Part shown: piece after piece, positions 59,039 to 64,000 of the stretch
Position numbering within the stretch: position 1 is the stretch's first letter
Layout of the letters: every line of letters starts with the position of its first letter
Assembly (NCBI GenBank): GCA_045863395.1
Contig: BTVJ01000022.1
Location: forward strand, 1 to 64,000
Direction: 5' to 3'
Origin: Myxococcales bacterium
GTDB taxonomy: Bacteria; Myxococcota_A; UBA9042; JABWCM01; BTVJ01
DNA length: 64,000 nucleotides
The notes under the pieces: model-generated
The model's input: the letters and a program-made list of their open reading frames with translations, nothing else
Database searches by the model: none
Told to the model about the DNA's origin: nothing
Position numbers and translations under genes: made by a program

Positions 59039-62000
59039 GGCGCGCCGACGCAACATGCGGGGGCGGCCTCCGTGCTGAGGACGGGCCACAGCGGGTAGCC
59101 GGTCTCCGTGGCCAGCACCACGGCGCCGGGGGCCGGCATGGCGGGGGCCACCGCCTTGCGGGCAAGCAGGAGGAGAGGCGGATCTGCGGGCACCCACGCT
59201 GGCGCGCGGTCATCGCAGCCGCCCGGCGTGAGCGGGCTCTCCGCGCCCGTCGCCAGATCCCGCAGGACGACACGGCAGCGCCCCTTCTCACACCGGGCAA
59301 AGGCGACGCGGTCGCCGCCGGGGTGCCACGCGGGCGTGCGCTCGTCTGCTGCCGTGTCGATCACGGAGGTCACCGCACCATCCAGCCGAGAGACACCGAA
59401 GACTGCCTTGCCGACGGGTCGGCGCGCAAAGACGAGGGCGCCACCCGGTCCAAAGGACGGCTCCCGGTCCTCGTCGGCGCCCGCCGTCAGCGAAGCGGGA
59501 GTACCACCGCTCGTGGGTACCGCGAAGAGGTCGTAGGTCCCCTCCCGATCCGACGCGAAGGCCAGCGTCTGGCAGTCCCAAGAGAAGGCGGGGTCCGTGT
59601 CCGTGCCCGGAGCGCTGGTCACGGTCTGTGTGACGCCGACGACCAGGTCACGCAGGTACAGATCCTGACCGCCGATGCCAGGCGCAGCGAAGGCCACGAG
59701 GTCTCCACAGGCTGCGGCGCGCCCGACGCCGTCGAGGTCCGCCAGGACCGCGGAGACCCCGGTCCCGATGGTGGTCGCAGCCCCCGAGCCCGCCAGCGTC
59801 ACCACGCGCAGCGCCAGAGCGTCCGCGCCGCCCGTCAAATCTCCGGGTGGAGCGCCGCCCAGGTCGCACGAGCCGACCGGAACGGCGGCCTCCGGGTCGT
59901 CCAGCACCACCGGCCCCAGCTCCGAGGTGTTGCCGGCGGGGTCCGTGACGGTCGCGTGCAGGAACAGGGAGGCCAGCGAGCCGGCGGGAGCCAGATCGGC
60001 CGCGGGCGGCCCCAGCACGCCGGTCATTGACCAGAGCCCTCCGACGACGATGGCGCTCGCCACGGGGACCCGGGCCTCGTCGGCCTCATCCGCGTACAGC
60101 TCGACCAGGGACCCGTCGGGGACGGAAGGGTGCACCGTCCCCGCGAAGGACCAGCCGCCCGGGGACGGGAGCGCCGCAGTCACGACCGGCGCCGGGATGC
60201 CGGCGTTACCGCCTCCCTCGAGGGCGATGGCGGAGCCCGCGTGTGCGGTGATGCGGTTCTGGGACAGCGTGTTCCGCAACGATCCGGGGCCGACCATGAC
60301 CCCGGCGCCGCCGCCGGCGCTCCCGTCGATGCGGTTCGCGTGGAGGCGGTTGTCCGAGGAGCCGACGAGCGCCACCTGCGTGTCGCCTTGGGCGCGCAAG
60401 ACGTTGGCGTCCATCACACAGTCGTGGGACCCCGTCAGGAGGACCCCCGCTCCCGGCCCCGCCACCTGGTTGCCACGCAGGAGCGCCCCCTCCGCGTCCT
60501 CTAGTGCGACGCCAGCAAACCCGTTGCCCAGGGGAATGTTGGGGCCGGCGAAGGGCGGGTTCAGCTCGCCGACGAGGTTGTCTGTAAGCCGCAGCGGGCC
60601 GACGCAGGACGCTACGCCGATTCCGGCGCCCGCGTTGCCCGACACCATGCAGCCCGTGACCTGTGGTGCCGCTCCGTCACAGCCCTGCACGCGGATACCG
60701 TCGCCCTCGTTGGGGAGCGCTGCCGTCCCGGACGAATCCACCCCGGCATAGACGTTGTGTACGCGGGCCGCGACTGCTACGCCTGAGGCGTCCACCTGAA
60801 CACCGTGGGCGCCGTTTCCGCTGACCAGGACGGCCCCGCGCCCGCCCGGCGCCCCCAGCGAGAGCCCCTCCGCGCCGGCCGCGACGACGCCGCTGCCCCC
60901 GTTGGGCACGGCGACGGTGCCCGTGTCGTCCGTGCCGACGAAGCTCGCCTCGATGCGAACGCCCGAGGCGCCGTCGATGACGACTCCGTCGGCCCCGTTA
61001 CCCGACACCACCAGGCCGCGCCCCGGCGCGCCGAGCCGCACGCCAGAGGTGCCCTTGACCCGCACGCCCGCGCCCTCGTTCGGGTGCACTGCGTCCGCAC
61101 CGGGACCCGCAAGCAGCCCGAAGGCCGACGAGATGACCTCGACGGGGCCGTCGTAGGACTCCACCCGGAGGCCGTCCCCCCCGTTGCCGATGGAGGTCGC
61201 CCCGGCGAGCGCCACGGGGACCGAGCCGGTGTGGGCGTGGACGCCGTGGGTCGCGTTGGCGTGGAGGAGCAGAGTCCCGGCGCCGAGGGGGAGCCGCGGC
61301 GCGAGGTGAGCGAAGAGCGTCCCCTTGGGCTCCTGGGGCGCCGACGACGACGGCACGGGGAGGTCCCGCCCGGCACGTGGCCCCCCGGGCCCCACGGGGG
61401 CTCCCGTGATCTCGAGGCCCGCGGCCCCGTTGCCGCCGAGGCACCCGGTCACCGCCACGTCGTCCGTGCCGTCGAGCCAGACTCCCGACTGGGCGGCGCC
61501 CTCGACCACGACCTGCTCCAGCGTTGCAGATGCCCCTTGGACGTAGACTCCGGGGCCCGCCGTGTTGGCGACCCGGGTCCCGACGACCGAGACGTCCGTG
61601 GAGTCGAGGATCGCCACTCCCGCCCCCACCATGGCCCCGCCCTCGATGCGCACGTCCTGCGCGTCGCCGACCAGGACGGCCACGCCGCTCGCCGACCCGG
61701 CGAAGCCCGCCGTCACGGTCACCGGAGCTCCGGGTGCATTGTCAGGTCCGCAGGGCCCTGGCGACAGACCGGCGTCCATCGTCGGGAAGGGGTGCTTTTT
61801 GGTCCATGTCTCCAGGTTCCGCCCCGCGTGGAGGTTTCCTGCGAGCCGGACCCCGGTGGCGCCGTCCACCTCCACGTCCGCGATGACGTTGTCGCCGAGG
61901 TGAGACCCCTCGACGCGCACGCCTGTCGCGCCGTCGAGGATCTGGATGCCCACGTGATTGCCGGCGCTCGTCCACGGCGGCGAGAGCCCCACGTAGGCGC

Positions 62001-64000
62001 GGGTGATCACGACGTCGGCGGCCTCCCCCACGCGGATCCCCGCCCCGTCAGAGAGGCGGCCGTTGTTTGCGATGACCGTGATCTTGGGTGGAAAGACGGT
62101 CCCGCCTGGCAGGACGATGGGCGTGTCGTCGGCGAAGATGTTGCCCCCGATGACGACGCCGGAGACGGGGCCCGCGAGGTCGATGCCCACATGGTTGCCC
62201 CAGAGTGGGTTTGCCGAGGCGCCCCCGATGGGGGGCGGGGCGCCCACCGTGCCCCGAATCACCACGTCGGTGGCATCCAACACCTCGATCCCCACCTCGT
62301 TGGACGTGACGTACTCGTTGTGGAGGGTGACCCCCTCGGCACCGTCGCGGATGCGGACACCGCGAGACCCCGCCGTGATGGACGATGGCGGCGCCGAGGC
62401 GCTCGCACCACCCCGAATCTCCATGGACTGGGTCTGGATCTGTCTGCTGCCGCCGTGAATGTCGAGGCCCGCGCCCCCGCCGTAGCCCCGAATGGAGCCG
62501 GCGATTGAGATGGCCTCCGAGCCGTCGATGTCCAGACCCGTGCGACAGCCCGTGATGACCACGTTCAGAAGAACGGCGCGGCAGTTCACCAGCCGAATTC
62601 CGGTGTGACACGTGTCCGGGGTGCCTTTGATATTGGCGATCACTACGGCGTCCTCGATGTCCACCAGCTCGAGCACGGGCATCTCCGGGTCGTCGAGCTG
62701 CACCGACGCCACGGAGAGGCTGATGGAGGAGTGAGCCGGCTTCGCGGAGATCCCCTTGAGCAGGAGTCCTCCGCCGGTCTGGACCGAGATTGCCACGTCC
62801 GTCCAAAGCAGCCCGTCGATGGTCAGCGGCGGCAAGTGGGTGACCCCTGGTCCGTTCGTCAGAGTGTCGCGGATATCGCCGGCGGTGACCCCCTCCCAGG
62901 TGTTCGGGCAGGGGCTCGTGGGGAGCCCGAGCAGCTGGTTGAACGAGTTCGGCTCGGTGTACGTGCACTTCGCCGGGCAATGCACGCCATCCCCCGCCCG
63001 GGCCGGCGGGTACGTCGAGGTGATGGGTGGGGGCGGCGAAGCCTGGATGTCGTAGGCCCACTCCCCGAGGGGAGGCACGAGCTCGCAACTGTAGACGGGG
63101 GGTTCGCCCTCGGGGGCCACATTCACCGCCTGATAGGAGAAGTGCCCCTCCGGCTGACTCAATCCGGTGACGAACGAGACTCCGGTCTGCCATGCGCTCG
63201 GAGAGTTCACGGAGATCGTCCGCCCATGGATGGGCCAGGGCTCCTCGCCGATCGGAATCTCGAAGGTCGTCTCGCCAGACGGGGTCCGCAGCTTTGCAGT
63301 CATCGACGCGGGAAACGGAGGGACGAGCTTCAGCCCGAGGCGGGTCGTCAGCTTCGATGCCTGGACATCGCCGCCCGGGAGCGCCTCCAGCGCCAAGATG
63401 GGCAGCACCGTGGTCGCCGCTCCGTCGGCCTCCTGCAGCACGAGGCGCAGCGCGTCCCTGCGCTCGCCCAGGTTGAAGCCGCCGATGGTGAACACCTCGT
63501 TTCCTCCGACGGACTCGGGCTGGAGCGCGCCCTCGGCAGGGATCACCGGCGCCGGGAGCACGGTCAGGGTGCGCCCCGTGTCCACCCGGCCCCCTGGGTG
63601 CAGCGCGGCGAAGGCGGGGGAGTCGATGCCCGTGTCGATGAGGAGGGCAAATGTCCCCGGTGGCGTCGTGGGCTCGGTCGCGGCCACCAGCTCCGTGTCG
63701 CTGGAGAAGCCCGGATCGTGGAACAGCGTCACGGGGCCTGACGGGGTCTCCAGCAGCACGGTCATTGTCTCTGGGTCGAAGCCCGCCCCGCTCAAGCGCA
63801 CCGCCGGGTCGTAGTTTCCGCCGACCTGGATCAGGGGGATGAAGGTCGTGCCTGGACTGACTGCCGAGACCGTGGGGACGATGACCAGAACCTCGCCCAG
63901 CTCGGCCCCTTGCGGGGGGTGGAGGATACTCACCGAGACTGCGCCCGCCAGCCCGGTCGGCACCGCGAAGGTCAGCTCCGCGCCGGCGAGATTACCCGAG
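59035..64000 (-). CDS. Large surface or secreted protein: IPT/TIG-like domains, right-handed parallel beta-helix repeats, C-terminal TolB-like PD40 propeller; 5' end beyond the right edge
   Basis: Frame open to base 64000; LSGAGF/IGGFNL IPT-like motifs; many VSGNGxxGVxV beta-helix repeats; HATVTDPAGNTSELG; PD40 motifs (DPAFSWDCQTLAFASDREG, EPSFGPGG, TPAWHPGGDRVAF). Confidence 0.82.
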   Translation of the reverse strand, partial: SGNLAGAELTFAVPTGLAGAVSVSILHPPQGAELGEVLVIVPTVSAVSPGTTFIPLIQVGGNYDPAVRLSGAGFDPETMTVLLETPSGPVTLFHDPGFSSDTELVAATEPTTPPGTFALLIDTGIDSPAFAALHPGGRVDTGRTLTVLPAPVIPAEGALQPESVGGNEVFTIGGFNLGERRDALRLVLQEADGAATTVLPILALEALPGGDVQASKLTTRLGLKLVPPFPASMTAKLRTPSGETTFEIPIGEEPWPIHGRTISVNSPSAWQTGVSFVTGLSQPEGHFSYQAVNVAPEGEPPVYSCELVPPLGEWAYDIQASPPPPITSTYPPARAGDGVHCPAKCTYTEPNSFNQLLGLPTSPCPNTWEGVTAGDIRDTLTNGPGVTHLPPLTIDGLLWTDVAISVQTGGGLLLKGISAKPAHSSISLSVASVQLDDPEMPVLELVDIEDAVVIANIKGTPDTCHTGIRLVNCRAVLLNVVITGCRTGLDIDGSEAISIAGSIRGYGGGAGLDIHGGSRQIQTQSMEIRGGASASAPPSSITAGSRGVRIRDGAEGVTLHNEYVTSNEVGIEVLDATDVVIRGTVGAPPPIGGASANPLWGNHVGIDLAGPVSGVVIGGNIFADDTPIVLPGGTVFPPKITVIANNGRLSDGAGIRVGEAADVVITRAYVGLSPPWTSAGNHVGIQILDGATGVRVEGSHLGDNVIADVEVDGATGVRLAGNLHAGRNLETWTKKHPFPTMDAGLSPGPCGPDNAPGAPVTVTAGFAGSASGVAVLVGDAQDVRIEGGAMVGAGVAILDSTDVSVVGTRVANTAGPGVYVQGASATLEQVVVEGAAQSGVWLDGTDDVAVTGCLGGNGAAGLEITGAPVGPGGPRAGRDLPVPSSSAPQEPKGTLFAHLAPRLPLGAGTLLLHANATHGVHAHTGSVPVALAGATSIGNGGDGLRVESYDGPVEVISSAFGLLAGPGADAVHPNEGAGVRVKGTSGVRLGAPGRGLVVSGNGADGVVIDGASGVRIEASFVGTDDTGTVAVPNGGSGVVAAGAEGLSLGAPGGRGAVLVSGNGAHGVQVDASGVAVAARVHNVYAGVDSSGTAALPNEGDGIRVQGCDGAAPQVTGCMVSGNAGAGIGVASCVGPLRLTDNLVGELNPPFAGPNIPLGNGFAGVALEDAEGALLRGNQVAGPGAGVLLTGSHDCVMDANVLRAQGDTQVALVGSSDNRLHANRIDGSAGGGAGVMVGPGSLRNTLSQNRITAHAGSAIALEGGGNAGIPAPVVTAALPSPGGWSFAGTVHPSVPDGSLVELYADEADEARVPVASAIVVGGLWSMTGVLGPPAADLAPAGSLASLFLHATVTDPAGNTSELGPVVLDDPEAAVPVGSCDLGGAPPGDLTGGADALALRVVTLAGSGAATTIGTGVSAVLADLDGVGRAAACGDLVAFAAPGIGGQDLYLRDLVVGVTQTVTSAPGTDTDPAFSWDCQTLAFASDREGTYDLFAVPTSGGTPASLTAGADEDREPSFGPGGALVFARRPVGKAVFGVSRLDGAVTSVIDTAADERTPAWHPGGDRVAFARCEKGRCRVVLRDLATGAESPLTPGGCDDRAPAWVPADPPLLLLARKAVAPAMPAPGAVVLATETGYPLWPVLSTEAAPACCVGAP

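Overview
High-GC bacterial DNA, most likely from a Myxococcota-type organism (MYXO-CTERM-like tail, Myxococcus-type Cys-rich repeats, MopE-related repeats, IgGFc-binding lipoprotein). A short housekeeping block (ffh, a HEAT-repeat gene, dapA, dapB, with a PlsC-type acyltransferase upstream) sits among genes for secreted or surface proteins. The main feature is a ~35 kb minus-strand, tightly coupled three-gene unit (55251 to 20352): a dockerin-like Cys-rich protein, a ~2126-aa partner with four LamG-like domains, and an ~8987-aa signal-peptide-bearing RHS/YD protein. The giant protein has five ~14-blade beta-propeller blocks, a fibrinogen-like domain, Cys-rich spacers, an FN3/Ig stalk, a Gly/poly-Pro hinge, a YD shell and a 166-aa Cys-rich beta-strand tip with no recognisable toxin motif. 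It is followed by a MYXO-CTERM-type surface protein rather than a small immunity gene. Other notable items: a lipoprotein with a glucan-water-dikinase-like domain order (phospho-His domain before ATP-grasp) behind a consensus sigma-54 promoter; a PpcA-like triheme cytochrome on a 136-aa tether; a stand-alone STEAP/ferric-reductase-like membrane protein; and a beta-helix/PD40 protein coupled to an M23 peptidase. No rRNA, tRNA, CRISPR array or transposase was seen. Domain calls come from reading motifs by eye, not from database searches.
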